From: a virus | Taxonomy: Duplodnaviria; Caudoviricetes | DNA length: 63,218 nucleotides | IMG/VR virus record: IMGVR_UViG_3300010354_000088 | Coordinates: 1 to 63,218 of that record | Reading direction: 5' to 3' (one strand) | In this document: positions 25,701 to 32,186 of the stretch, piece after piece | Layout of the letters: each line of letters starts with the position of its first letter | How positions within the stretch are numbered: the first letter of the stretch is position 1 | Translations under genes and position numbers: made by a program | The notes under the pieces: model-generated | The model's input: only the letters and a program-made list of their open reading frames with translations | The model's database searches: none | What the model was told of the DNA's origin: nothing

Positions 25701-27825
25701 CACTAATGTAGCTTTCTAAAGACTTTCTTGCACTTGCGTAGTTTACATCATTTAATGATGCAGGACGCTCACCTGTAGCTGGATCTACGTCTTCAGGTTT
25801 ATATTCTTCTAAAGTAAGAGAATTGATGTTTTTATCACCAAACTCTCCAGCTTTATGCATGTTTTCAATAACATTGAAAATCTTATCTTGCTTACCAGTC
25901 ATTACATAGTCTGAAAGACTTCTGTTCTTCATAAGAAGTTCAGGATTCTTTCTTCCAGCTACATATTGATCAATACCGCCATGTAATCCCATTACAAAAC
26001 CAGTAAGGAAAGAATGACCAATACCTTCGGTAAGCTTTTCTCCTAATCCCTTTTTAGGATCATTGTATAGACCTTGACCTGTTTGAGTGTAAATTTCATC
26101 AGCATCAGGATTATCTTGTAAATACAAATAATCGCTAGTTGATGTAATAGCATTATTTACAATATGCAATGCTGCAAATTCACCCATTGAAATAATAGGA
26201 GAAGAAACAATAGGAGTTACATTTCCTGTTTTTTTAGCAAGATTGCTGATTGTCTTTAATACAGAAAACTTATTTGTACTTGCAAGTGCATTTGCACTTA
26301 ACTGAGATGCTTCTTTTCCTGTATTTTTTACAGTATTAGCTAATGTCTCTTTAAATATAGGAGCAAATGATTTTTGTACTACATTTTTAGCTTCTGCATT
26401 AGCAAATACACGTTGCCATAAAACACCTTCTCCTGGAGCAAATAATTTAGAAAATCTGCCCATTAACCCAAGTGTAGCAACCAAAGAAACTCCATATACA
26501 GCCGATGCTCTATCTTCGCTTACTCCAGCTTCTTTAGCTGCCTGGTTCATACCGTCAGCCATCATCAAACCAAAAAACACATGGTTTCCTGTTGAAGCTA
26601 TTCTTGCACCAATTTGTTGTGCAGCTATTTCAGAAGCTCCAGTAGCCTCAGCAATAGAAAGACCAGCAGGCATACTTACTCTTTTTAACAAAGCAGCTTG
26701 AGCAATAAGACCAACAAGAGATCCTGCTGTTCGCCATCCTTGCCCGTCAATACCTTGCAACTGTCTTTCAGACTCTTTAAAATAAAGCTGAGAAGACATA
26801 TTTTGCATTTGATTGCCTTTATCTTTTAACCAAGAAGGCATTACATTGGGAAGGTTAAGATTTTGAAATGCAGCATTACCTGTTGCCATTGACAACAGTG
26901 CATTAGAATTAGACATTGCTGATCCAAATGTACTCGGTACATTAAAAATCAAACTATTTAAACCTTCACCAAAAAAATCTGTAAGCCAGTTATTTCTAAT
27001 GCTTCTTGGCCCCCATAATGAACGTACAGCCGATCCTTTTAATCTATCTTCATTAGAAGCTGATTTCCAAAATGGAGTGCCAACCTCGCCTGTAATATCT
27101 CCCGTTTGATCATAATCTAATACAAGAGTTGGAACTTTAGGCATTGTTAAATAACCAGAAAATAAAGCATCTGTAAAATTTAAATCTTTAACAGCTTCTT
27201 TTTTCCATTCATCCATGGTAATCATCTTACCAAGATTAGGATCATAAACTTTACCTAAATCTTCAGCTACTTGTTCTTGAGATTTTATAGCCATAAGTTG
27301 ACCATAAGAATCAAAAGCATATCCTTTTGGTAAATAAACTTGATTTTGCTTTACAGTTTGAAATTCTTCAAATTTTCTTCCCATAGGAAGTTCTCCTTGA
27401 ATACTGTAACGCTGAGGGCGAGGATCTTCTAATTGCTTATCATTCCACGCATGATAAAGGTCTTCTTCTTTCTTTTCTTTAAAAGAATTGTAATCATTAG
27501 AAACAGTTTTCCATTGCTGTTCAAATAAATTGCGATCTCCTTTATATACATCATCTTTATAGATGTTCCAAGACTGCTCTTTATCTAAAGTAACAGTAAC
27601 AGGGCTTAATCCTTGTTTTTGACGATCATTATTTTCTTGATTTGAATATGCCCAAATATCTTCATCCTGAAGACCTCTTAACTTCAACCCAAAATAATCT
27701 TTTTTAACTACATCAGCAGCAGCAGGAGGAGCTTCGGGAGTAACAGGTATGTTAGCTACATTAGGCTGATATTTTTGATTTGTTTGATTTTGCGGATTAT
27801 TTGGATTTTGTGGAATAGGAGCCAT
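7753..27825 (-). CDS. Giant virion-associated RNA polymerase polyprotein (6690 aa) with SF1 helicase-like and zincin-like domains
   Basis: Catalytic DxDxD motif GSDYDIDELH (~15130-15157); Walker A GFAGVGKT (~23563-23586); Walker B ILVIDEAS (~23308-23331); SF1 C-terminal motifs TAKGFQFERVYV and LTASSRAESYL (~22685-22805); HEMNH and EFVTEAF (~11700-11895). Position matches crAss-like vRNAP genes. Confidence 0.85.
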   Translation of the reverse strand: MAPIPQNPNNPQNQTNQKYQPNVANIPVTPEAPPAAADVVKKDYFGLKLRGLQDEDIWAYSNQENNDRQKQGLSPVTVTLDKEQSWNIYKDDVYKGDRNLFEQQWKTVSNDYNSFKEKKEEDLYHAWNDKQLEDPRPQRYSIQGELPMGRKFEEFQTVKQNQVYLPKGYAFDSYGQLMAIKSQEQVAEDLGKVYDPNLGKMITMDEWKKEAVKDLNFTDALFSGYLTMPKVPTLVLDYDQTGDITGEVGTPFWKSASNEDRLKGSAVRSLWGPRSIRNNWLTDFFGEGLNSLIFNVPSTFGSAMSNSNALLSMATGNAAFQNLNLPNVMPSWLKDKGNQMQNMSSQLYFKESERQLQGIDGQGWRTAGSLVGLIAQAALLKRVSMPAGLSIAEATGASEIAAQQIGARIASTGNHVFFGLMMADGMNQAAKEAGVSEDRASAVYGVSLVATLGLMGRFSKLFAPGEGVLWQRVFANAEAKNVVQKSFAPIFKETLANTVKNTGKEASQLSANALASTNKFSVLKTISNLAKKTGNVTPIVSSPIISMGEFAALHIVNNAITSTSDYLYLQDNPDADEIYTQTGQGLYNDPKKGLGEKLTEGIGHSFLTGFVMGLHGGIDQYVAGRKNPELLMKNRSLSDYVMTGKQDKIFNVIENMHKAGEFGDKNINSLTLEEYKPEDVDPATGERPASLNDVNYASARKSLESYISVYEQSGIKQWHQNAKDKGKRYLKDYFDKSYSALLDKVIDPTQVAKEAVEIIVRRNEIQERLKDTTITDNERVQLEKELSKKTELIADFEETVRVENATKQKRISKVEAKAVRSGMLTAHYFSAKDKDGNPLFNIFNPKVSSFKTEFGDKAITVGSDTVDALNESLKKVIDPAVIAQQRGENTNELTSILADMQAGVTPELIGRIQNLHNSNLRVGVDALGKTAFENMLNEVQNKYSEVESQLMKEISDKYKVDYDEETATINDVALSVPGESKAEFDSLYKGKINSLRELGSINEQMSADANSVFEKGNLTPRQILENAYISVNRGTAEEPRFVSFEDILSKMEQSDFSNPNDAAMLDELINNIASNAEILAINDTVYSKLDNQVSGLNENITPLKSDLDPTNKGSIHNKLVESFNKAIKLKFKALNISSVARQLFDANFVLRDADLRNNIAQRTIDHLTIITGGYSKDFKDALQSANDDLIKYVDTLNEQNAVADRAKDLNDKLNRGEASDAEKEEYYKKKDEIASLVYKSYGHIVSAESKLHDIFNSKEGNGLYERLVKDITNTFAKGKKGTELEPLALGAVNSKAKEVKDENNRYWYYGDVQQFESSLASDNISLNAHAYTTFIQNITNIKRLSPKSFLERYNAWNEYSKTKNPNHVALSFEQQKAVYESVAFLMDPSISGAKVSTKTAKLVPFLENTLSVLGFAGVGKTKVMLPAIMDIYHSVKKAESTTFKFSNIVFTAAHSRQVENLKSSIESISINAENKESVSLEQVLNGKVDKLTDTTKDRILVIDEASELTIEQVETINKQALEKGFKVIQLIDESQISSGETFTPPGLTSQRTTPVTDVHRSGVYDIVRIQQAFREPYVEGGKEAQILYPSTQYSESESGYATKGVKLRGNEFKAQKEQLDSFVSDLKKDGVTGKTVFIVATDADRLELINTLSSSGIDKSVLEGSVRTMLGDKTTAKGFQFERVYVNIKKGDIFDITDYHKVLLTASSRAESYLDIITTVPESEVVSQKVDTLFTDKSDYVEKSKEAYTEYANRQPELINEILSHTTQQVNLTREVKEPAPAVQEPPVPTASQAANNVNQQTQYSGSNPGNVVFEPVPIDSYEDYWDGDSQGGFVDQYFGKSMMGPDGNQLTVSGIKKAKNSGDVLLTVTDGVNTFEIKPQDFKQNDPILSGIKDGGIQITSIADENTPSQGKEYETLTKAVFNQNSLANARVGSLFVKMHSDAAIQDKYVKEKTNFFQKYIYSIAANSGQGRAINNYLRKIYINNLALEGSSERYQNGIYHVLDLEGVNPKIKNELFGTENPTLVNGRYFIFSHEYGFDEAYRGLDVTSVPATESPADYFNRLYSSQGLNADKLSELNINRMRFVDRVEAYRKLSGSGDNQVVDLGSIAINKVTNGNYVPEKGREMKISEITKTKKTVTKEGVESVEEQISVPKQKVNGWYPHEMEGKTVYFSDPYLIYDPSKQGLGASRIPKYTDQNGNRVFEPGYYIYYTLNPNSNNSNVGMIKIKSTQVSKADAVGFVKDYFGNTKRLEDNDTFRNNGFYEDINRFITSNRYFFDQYNTGNSLYSINKRTDVAGGKSYNNYEVQVFDPNTKTIDLKATYERMQRIQDIIEKNYDENTSPVKIRSFPSSNTTGSSKFAVNSHDQLFTDVKNVNFPQIVVSSNEVKGPSATEKTGEAPGTNNMPSHEFSSAQEDSLFDDLSEFNQKESEPSTDADPLNFVTNKQLSRDKKASNGISKLSTVFGNEQNVAGIVNTISKEIVTKSRLSRSFDPFYFQDGLSDIPQAIEMSYSAFMNKYESIKDSVYNVSDPNATEAIPTYKTPDELTWNDVVTSKSEDVRRAYIYAQLAKGKDSDFREVFDPIIKKIFPQNILLTTAEARNKFGDTDLDENIGTLDVSELTTQSSISTSATREGRNPVKGYSSQMRLILNSLDYREFSKDESGNIISRRSKTPITPENVISAFNSITKNVGFLPKGENNFDSFRRSIERAMEATQPKEGNEASNQYNILSTIYDAFFRDSFPGEFGFYDPSTQGEYSYYDWIKNPDKILERINSDAQYRDVVLPEGVSLEELFNIKRNFANYALNEFFAVSGSANQISYQNDLYIPIDGSIRVFRPKRNTVSDIKDRIAKNMTTSLFDIFDGVATIKGNKVNRVSDIYLVDYVENGEPKSMSLREHEINDLRIRQERGEIQNLKQSKTPQDGYRIDDSGIYITNKGGGEKQIIKRTATAGEFMYEFADPSDFGGNKKNVSDILEFLGISKYDISGKTINTYLYGLANKTQINGIYSEPLSYEVDSSTLARMLHDGLSKLKIGFENKDLDFDTVNIDNENTDGSSELQLPIMEWKYRQDLAIVESFNRSTSVSNYFTSPSGERKYTIQNSSFLVDRISSPYTESDLNTKISDVFINDFQNRVSQFGEAAFENNPYYNLTYQFAYNPLYNGGSQEYVVRGQYVGDGAKRASVGKGVSQYSPTEIINSNIANYIEGLASAKKDGSGTSRYGTYYQYAVPHPVTGDSSKIFYIQYSVDKKSNASPIIIKDGNVSKNQKASAQTNWDYFSYSFTRELQKLRRDQVQSLDTFVSEFQRFINQSAGTPLEAFFADPTISLALTGRLETGKEGFLSKYNRNKLDLLDNPQEVQDFIDEVINSNATVKEAFMDFLNKSSSVSEYKHYKFVDYKDSQGNVLKEFGKRVFAGNSIRYKTTDAVTGNTMDPIFLLDNYKAIQKVFADNGLDIDSVLFESNSTGTNKINNENVNKELKKIFKNAFSRRIDSYVSSLFKNQVKVDQRTKPFFTFEGENFDGNNIEKAGFVKVVKRFTPEEWTALSENEKQNYLDNYYLNRRYNDKENYTFKEYNPFYESYVLAFANHGNHITDLTIGDKNQYPSYSSYAIRSYQITTPGLHYTIKPYGIGVKATQKAAIYNDSNMKSINRIAKLLGGSKTDSTTRVDGLEFQVGIDGIIQQFSLGQNIVKNAFGHKKEIHNQNDIVTGQRILMKSSTMNLKPYRKNSREIMDIERKMMSHVNFIDNGQSITLWNKLEEFGMDDAKLVDWMFEGGSARQVSTEDGRIIDIRDTYLSRLMPTTVAKTINGASVIDINAERYGEESTFDMDYNTRLYVLDLNKEARDQKASNPTQASTTLFVGQNNYNRTAESMSAMVENVSRVSDDISKSTESSTDVKSFVADRTKVAVGNRMEILNDPRFGTNLPGLTDPVRIAFANEFNKGIKPEIKSASSNVQYPGELVEMLTLTTDIGPYKAGKRMTLAQYDKFIQKYPDAANSFTKDNEGLRAMKAYVKSGDQFVDVESFDYLKDILTPEQIAENFADVDGVMTMVKTPDITPEQRNKIVSDIKQSGGKIEPYEVVMSFTNFRKFGLDDNPNSEFYYKKFDADDFVTLRLRDGSEVMYEDLGSSPEDRRMALAGLLNQLEGSLASDVLMKDNKIELSKNGEIKDRYQFADSMANYMEAFILTRDAFINRVPASKSSSGFKGKIVAFDNDISNTILVSSKKNIIDGSDYDIDELHVYHLDLPNYGENLLMGSSSGKIEEGEYESIYQKNPVNVVIKNAIDHYNDVDNLTSVTSPVSTDQFESVYEQIRENMLKKGNVSSIQAVKFLNDVVTNTRQFESFNAGVETPGIFANGIKVYSHIYHAFSKVKGDHFNINLLGKNYRRFFNIDPVTGVDSGHLTMDSLAGLLQAAVDNGKLDLLGRLRIDPTTASAAMAMKFAGVSDMEIVEFLSDYKVSNIINDIKAGRDIDEKSRNSQKVATSWMNMAETYKARIFELNETLKITTDVKKRNEIIKSFLEEVDNISKVFGTKSRYIPRKVLKSEADKAAENQEMAEIAENGGIKITSESSAKEELELDESIEYDLNRTIEWLNDYSQKARHVADVMALGRGLSKLAKVFSVNQGVKFGDWDTYDYLENLNELVRPDEYIRFYEKRSQKAMISGIEREIDIPSEYDLAKRENDLFKSFVNTEKLINKLPNIKSFINAWVDFDNKMQKVQTVQNPVFRNLDKAFLNQARKPRFYNKDEYGSAMSARWKVISTMYLEKYGDVVGLKNRINPNEVENVGTPTGQLEFIITTHDLIRDMQTNPGKYELTPGTLVDSEGNITNSFLKDVTVEVKENQDEYINLRDLNRADESYVGKLKDDLQAIYNITGIDLGKRLSVYSIITDGGIVRKGSVMSIVNKDNLVQYDDFLNEMNVWLNTDKRLDPKASNIYADNIAMRYGGNNADRLAVHMLGNLPSITKDSNTKNDFQLNEVQDKEGRIVYKGGLIPIYRTSVNQNAKDIADFPDYVQAWTPISGHITGKSAEFTEAYSTKKYLGAFKKVKIEDPEIVQGASKENPVYRYVRIDNKVSNMLSGWTKNSVAQEVFGIDNMHKSLHIVSMNRIKDLMNTGRTSINPNEITNLFTDVGRKYNNGFYYLKNGQIVELTKFQREGKTGFSLSIKNLQSANANHSEGVSADAEFSSADIIDFAERKRFIDSANGSDISNYNRQLNIDYLGMNDQVDVLRHVSENSLYMPHALLAKAMLDSYSSKKLSIGNIEFLSEIQNPGLFSMKDRPTKMGGVWRPVKDSEGRVIKYDIFINTDEADNSVKTERFVLHEMNHGITADVLQRFEKNQKLTNDERTYAQYITKLYEYTKSKSANKDFEYPFKNTREFVTEAFTHKSFQQHLMTIPAMNPEVAKMGIKDVWREFVSAVKNFFFSTAGANIQRTPEMESVFDEIMSVSSVYLEGDSMFEIALKDTYLENQMARVFNTDAEFSKANEEKGTPNEDQLKAYYGVGFKVDKVNDNVDLVSAMARTDVRQATNDVNNENAVNQLSNAIFTGMSYSYNNHGNYRFVSNGKVYELENLNNRDQIKDIAREIISKRGEYESKIKGQFRDYLMGADPQFDKNIESNKGWIKRKFAINPNDKISLLSDSGFNSSLFDTKTFDPFVVVSERDGIKYVSLMDMTTAYLNQRLTPSGNVEYLADFISKIDPTKIYENKFSLLKTQEGMRKFNLMLLAMSMKAKDPSIVFEKMSVIKPDGFHSESYDIAFHDYLKEMEYLLKSRVVYDIMSPELKALVDNPESFKAPEVNYVKSLLSAYHDLKERYFKQAEDNNEIPSQLIDKYEDIISRIQTKAHGHDIFSADVERVIINRINEIKRYYKNDEGKIVNNEEMKYLSDALFQIKTKGQKSIEKLTDIDSLGKYSLLNYNIGNPVFDMYRTDIMSAIETGKNRYMAHMKKMNALISDINKKYVNGLNGVIGGGTTVSLTDVGYKRFDRLFIKQKATDNLGNTYDVNTYYIHNSKNPRTIEALKKYEISKEEVALGDYIVETLKEAIITKKVNSGMKREDAENQYDANWKDGMVPIMQRRASEKIFSKDWRKGLSQWASKYSNSNNFFEYVNDAAKQGGTDFMDIFSNQLGDSYLGSVDRMSKIGLFIDNGAIKVFGSTEQEIKSSIEANENQVEKNLEVVMAYYMMNHYQKQEVDKTNAVYYAAQTLMHNYESKHSDQSTEGRLTNLREYMRKMAKFNVLGQRERMKGGLKVNTGSKVVDVKYDDMIRMTGAATSVGVLGGNILADFKNLMTNTLTLQSFAVSNSIAGAKNFYGLGDVNKAIALYSTNPKLAIALAFQYKMAGMDRSNLLNNERHFKTKKYLFSDRMLYMGQFAGDYLIRTLSMMAHMNKKGVLDAYSLDKEGNLVYDETKDARIYKEGKMTEDGKLLKVELLKNMQNEGVYDGDVSVDAKLPRAFDNRLRDSVKTITDKFITGGAYDDATALTLDAHSIGTMFTMFSKYLFDKAQNLYKEGYESSAIGDYIIKDVTIDNVTKKNVVFEGEYMEGLIQSVMGIYREARKTFQGVEYDGLIDMWKKQKDIRKMNISRVLHDAAISSMFLAILPALFNNDDENQNQYWRSLMSSPIGKSMNYSMLDLISGYSPNEYYSKAKEPFFAITQAGKYAEFIAASCSLDVDQMDKAAEKAFGLYKTSQVLTGNLSTGKPKK

Positions 27826-27891
27826 AATCTAAAGAGAGATTTTAGAACCGAAAATTAATAAAATTTGATCAAACAAGACTTACTTAATAGC

Positions 27892-29823
27892 TTATTTGAT
27901 ATTTGGAGTATTTTGATAAGAACCAGCACCTTGAGATTGCTCAACCTGTTGATTTACAAAGCTATTAAATGCATCTTGTAAGACTTGTTGCTGATAATCT
28001 ACATTTCCCTGAAACTGCTTATCTGTTTTAGCTTGATATCCCATGAACGCATTTGCCGGAATACTTACTGTTCCTTTCCAATCTTCTCCACTTTCATATA
28101 TACCAGCAGCTTCTCCAGAACCAGAAGTAGAATCGTAAATTCCCAAACTATACCAAGAAGAACTTGTAATTGGCTCTTTTTCACCAGTTTCAGGATTTAC
28201 AATTTGATAATTACCAGTACGATCTTCATCTCCAAAATTTACATTAACATCCATGTAAAGTTGTGGGCCATATTTTGTAAGATTAGCTTTATCTGCTTCA
28301 GTTAATTCTTGACCTGATTGTTCTTTTGCTTTGGCAGCGTCATAAAGAGCTTGTTCAGATTTATTTATATTTCTCCATTGTCCATTTTGATCTTGAACCA
28401 TTGGTGATTTGTAAGAAAATCCAGCAATACCTTCAACCATTGGATTTACTTTATCTGTTGTATTTAATACAGTTCCATTTATCATCATTCCTGTATTACC
28501 AAAAACTTGAGTAAGAACTTTAGGAGATTGCTGTAACTGTGCATTTAAATCTCCATAAGCATCATTTACTGCTTTTCCATAAAACTGCCCTCCTGTTTCA
28601 GGTTTTAAAGTAAATGTTCCATCTCCATTATCAACATATCTATTATAACCAACACCTTCAGCCGAAGCAGATATTTGTCCATTTAAAAGTAATTGAGTAA
28701 AACCAAGTTCTTCTTGTTTTTTATCTCCATATCCAAGACCTTCTGCTGTTCCTAAAACATCATATGTTTGCTCATAAGAACTCGATGTAGCTTCAAATGG
28801 TTTGGTTCCCTGACTAACTCTGTCAATAGTATAAGCATCAATTACTTGTTGACGATATGCTGTATCAGAATCAAATTTATCGTAATCTACCGTTTCTGAT
28901 TTAAATGTAATTTTTCCATCTTTGCTTTCCACTGGCATACTAACAGAAACAGCTCTTTTGCCTTCTCTTCCATCGTAGATTTCATTCAAAATGCCATCTT
29001 TTGCATCTTGAGAAAGATTGTTATACAAAACACCAACTGCTGCATTTAACTGTTCTTTATTTGAAGAATATCCTTGCTTTACATAAGTAATATAATTGTA
29101 AGCATCATATCCTTGCATTACATCTGATCCATAATAATATTGACCAGTATTAGGATCATATTTAGGAGTAAGACCTTTATTTTCACTAGATGTAGATTTA
29201 GCTTTTTCATATAATGCAAACATTTCATTGTTTACAGTTTTGCTATCTCCACGGGTATAGTTAAAATCCATAGCAAGAAGCTCACCTGTCTGAGGATCAT
29301 AAGCTCTGTCTTTTGCCCTCATTTGAAGCATATCTTCATTTGTGGCAGATCTAATGTTTCCGTTTTTATCTTTAAAATAAATAGGCTTCCCATCTGTGCC
29401 AAGATACCTTACATTGGATTTGCCTTCTTGTGTAACAGAAGCACTTGCACCTTGAAACCTTTTTTTATTTGTTTCTCCCATTTCAAGGTTATATTGTGTA
29501 ATATTTAATCCAGCAATATCCTTTTTACCTTCTTCAGAATTAGCATAAATACCCCACAATCCACCATATTTTTCAACGCCTTTTTTAATGTCATACATAC
29601 TTTTTTTGTACATTAATTCAAGAACATCTTTTTGACCCGGAAGAGCGTCTGCTTTAAACTCAGGAAGTTCTGGCTTTGCTGTAAGTCTTTTAGCTAAATC
29701 AGCATCAGCAGCTTCTTTCTTTTTGTAGTAATACTCTAAAGGGCCTAAATCAAGGCCTCCAGATGTATCTGCTGTAAGAAAAAGGGGGCTTGATGATTCC
29801 CCCATGGTATTAAATAATGCCAT
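27892..29823 (-). CDS. Putative internal virion (cargo/ejection) protein
   Basis: 643 aa, immediately upstream of the vRNAP gene; assigned by synteny only. Confidence 0.5.
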   Translation of the reverse strand: MALFNTMGESSSPLFLTADTSGGLDLGPLEYYYKKKEAADADLAKRLTAKPELPEFKADALPGQKDVLELMYKKSMYDIKKGVEKYGGLWGIYANSEEGKKDIAGLNITQYNLEMGETNKKRFQGASASVTQEGKSNVRYLGTDGKPIYFKDKNGNIRSATNEDMLQMRAKDRAYDPQTGELLAMDFNYTRGDSKTVNNEMFALYEKAKSTSSENKGLTPKYDPNTGQYYYGSDVMQGYDAYNYITYVKQGYSSNKEQLNAAVGVLYNNLSQDAKDGILNEIYDGREGKRAVSVSMPVESKDGKITFKSETVDYDKFDSDTAYRQQVIDAYTIDRVSQGTKPFEATSSSYEQTYDVLGTAEGLGYGDKKQEELGFTQLLLNGQISASAEGVGYNRYVDNGDGTFTLKPETGGQFYGKAVNDAYGDLNAQLQQSPKVLTQVFGNTGMMINGTVLNTTDKVNPMVEGIAGFSYKSPMVQDQNGQWRNINKSEQALYDAAKAKEQSGQELTEADKANLTKYGPQLYMDVNVNFGDEDRTGNYQIVNPETGEKEPITSSSWYSLGIYDSTSGSGEAAGIYESGEDWKGTVSIPANAFMGYQAKTDKQFQGNVDYQQQVLQDAFNSFVNQQVEQSQGAGSYQNTPNIK

Positions 29824-29834
29824 TTTTCTTTTTA

Positions 29835-32186
29835 TTAAATAGTTCCAGGAGTAACTCCGTTTTCTTGAATAGGTGTAACTAATTTAGAAGGATCAAAATT
29901 ACCGCCTGTAATAGCATTAATTCTTTGAACTTCTTCGGGAGTAAGCTGATCAGGAGTATTTAAAGCTTTTCGATAAAGCTGTTCGTTAATTTGACCTGCT
30001 TTATATCCTTGCTCAAGAGCCTTCATTCCAAAATCAGCATTAACATAATTTCTAAATCCTTTTAATCCAGATTCAATATTTTGACTTAATGCCTGACCTT
30101 TCATAGCTCTAAACTTAAATCTGTTTTCAGCATCCTGAAGATTAACATTTTGAATGTTCTGAAGATTAAGAAGATTAGCCTGATTAGTCAATTCTGTATT
30201 ACGATAGTTAAGCTCATTTTGCATTTGCTGCATTTTAGCTGCTCTATCTATTTGATTTTCAAGCTGATTAGCCTGAATAGCTGCATTTGTAGCAGGTATT
30301 TGATTTACATTACGAGCATTATATCGTGATGTAGCTCCTACTTTTTGAATTTGACGATTCATAAATTCATCCAAAGCACCAAAATCAGCAGTATATTTTT
30401 CAGGACGATACATCTGAGGTCTTGGCATTGGAGTATATTTTTGCATCATATTATAAAGAGCCTGACCACCTGCACCTACTGTATTAGCAATAAGAAGATT
30501 TCTATTCATTTTTTTAAAATCTTCAGGCAATCCTGTAGTTGTGCTAGTTTCAGGTGTTTCAGCAGTAGGCTGCTGATTATTTCTCATATTAATTTCTCTT
30601 TCAGAAGAATAATCGGGATCATTAAGTTGAGCTTCTTCTTCTTTACGCATAGCTTTCATTTCTGATGGACTATAATTTTCATCACGATATTGTTGACTAC
30701 GCATATTATTATACCACCAATCGGCTATCCCTCCATCTGCATGTCCTTCTTTAGCTTTTATTTTACGCTCCTGCTCAAGCATTTCTTTTGTAGGTTCTTT
30801 TCCGGAACCTTTATTTGCACGCATATTATCCCAAAGACCTCTGCGTGAATATGAGCCATCAGCACGTTTAATCATTTCTCCGCCTTGAGAATATTCATCA
30901 TTATTGGGGCCACCATTTTTAAATCTTCCCATAGCAAATAATGTAGGACTAAGCTTTTGCTTATTCATAACATTATGCTGTTCGTTTACATATTGATTAG
31001 TTCCTTGGCTATCCCATTCTGAAGATTCATTTTCAGACATGTAATCTCCTTTATAGTAACGATTATGAGGACTATTTGGACTAAGAGTTTTTTCCCAATC
31101 GTGCTCTGTCATCCCCATATCTAATTGAAGATCTTCTTTTACATCAGGAGATATATACATTTCTTTTGAAGATATACGAATAGGAGTACCTCCTTGCTTA
31201 GCACCAGGAACCATTGTTTCTAACTCTTGATATGGATCATATCCTGATTGCATAAGCATTTGTTGAGCTAAAGGAACACGGTTTGCCGGAACAATAAAAG
31301 CACCATCTTCTGCCAATAAGTTTTTATCATCAGCAGTTGGACTTCCATTTCCAGGAATAATACCATATTCATCTTCCATGTCTCCACCTTCTGCATATCC
31401 ACCCATAGAATATGGAGCTGATGAATTATTTAATATGGCATCACGTTCAATAGAATACCCTATACCACCACCGTCAGCATGTTTTAATTCAGGATACTTA
31501 GCATATACTTTAGCTTTTACATCACTACGACCATGAAGACCAGCAAGACGTAAAGCATCAACCGCATCGGCTTTAGTTGGAATAGGATAAGAACGATTTC
31601 CTCCGGCAAAATCTTTGCCTTTTACCATAGGATACGGTTTCTTTTCAGATCCATAATCTTTAGATCTTGAAAGTCCACCTTCTTTATAAGCCTCAGATTC
31701 TCCGCCACCTTGCTGATTATTATTTTCATCCATCTGAAACTGAGAAGGATCATCTCCAAGCATTTTCCAAATAGGAACTTTGCCTCCATTAGCAAAGTTA
31801 CCTTGCATGTAACCAGTTTCTGTATTATAAGGAGATGCTTGACGTTGCTGTTTTTTTACAGCTTCACCCATCATAGCATTTACATCGTAACTATTATCCA
31901 TAGCACGATTAAACTTCCATGCATCAATAGCTAGTCCAGCTACAGGAGCAATAGCAGCAGAAAGACCTCCTGTAGCACCCATAATAGCTGGATTTAATCC
32001 AATAGATGTAAGTTGTTTTGTAGTAGAAAGATCGGCTTGAGGGCCCTGCATCATAGGCATTTGCGGTTGCATCTGGTTGGGCATAACCATGCTGCCATTA
32101 GCATATTTTTTCTTAGGCAGATTTCCACCTGCCATATAATACAAATTAGCCATGTAAAATAATTTTACTTTATCTTCTGGTTTCAT
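29835..32186 (-). CDS. Putative cargo protein with repeated [YFH]xxGG motifs
   Basis: 783 aa, Met/Gln-rich, with many xxGG motifs and a hydrophobic segment near the N-terminus. Confidence 0.55.
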   Translation of the reverse strand: MKPEDKVKLFYMANLYYMAGGNLPKKKYANGSMVMPNQMQPQMPMMQGPQADLSTTKQLTSIGLNPAIMGATGGLSAAIAPVAGLAIDAWKFNRAMDNSYDVNAMMGEAVKKQQRQASPYNTETGYMQGNFANGGKVPIWKMLGDDPSQFQMDENNNQQGGGESEAYKEGGLSRSKDYGSEKKPYPMVKGKDFAGGNRSYPIPTKADAVDALRLAGLHGRSDVKAKVYAKYPELKHADGGGIGYSIERDAILNNSSAPYSMGGYAEGGDMEDEYGIIPGNGSPTADDKNLLAEDGAFIVPANRVPLAQQMLMQSGYDPYQELETMVPGAKQGGTPIRISSKEMYISPDVKEDLQLDMGMTEHDWEKTLSPNSPHNRYYKGDYMSENESSEWDSQGTNQYVNEQHNVMNKQKLSPTLFAMGRFKNGGPNNDEYSQGGEMIKRADGSYSRRGLWDNMRANKGSGKEPTKEMLEQERKIKAKEGHADGGIADWWYNNMRSQQYRDENYSPSEMKAMRKEEEAQLNDPDYSSEREINMRNNQQPTAETPETSTTTGLPEDFKKMNRNLLIANTVGAGGQALYNMMQKYTPMPRPQMYRPEKYTADFGALDEFMNRQIQKVGATSRYNARNVNQIPATNAAIQANQLENQIDRAAKMQQMQNELNYRNTELTNQANLLNLQNIQNVNLQDAENRFKFRAMKGQALSQNIESGLKGFRNYVNADFGMKALEQGYKAGQINEQLYRKALNTPDQLTPEEVQRINAITGGNFDPSKLVTPIQENGVTPGTI

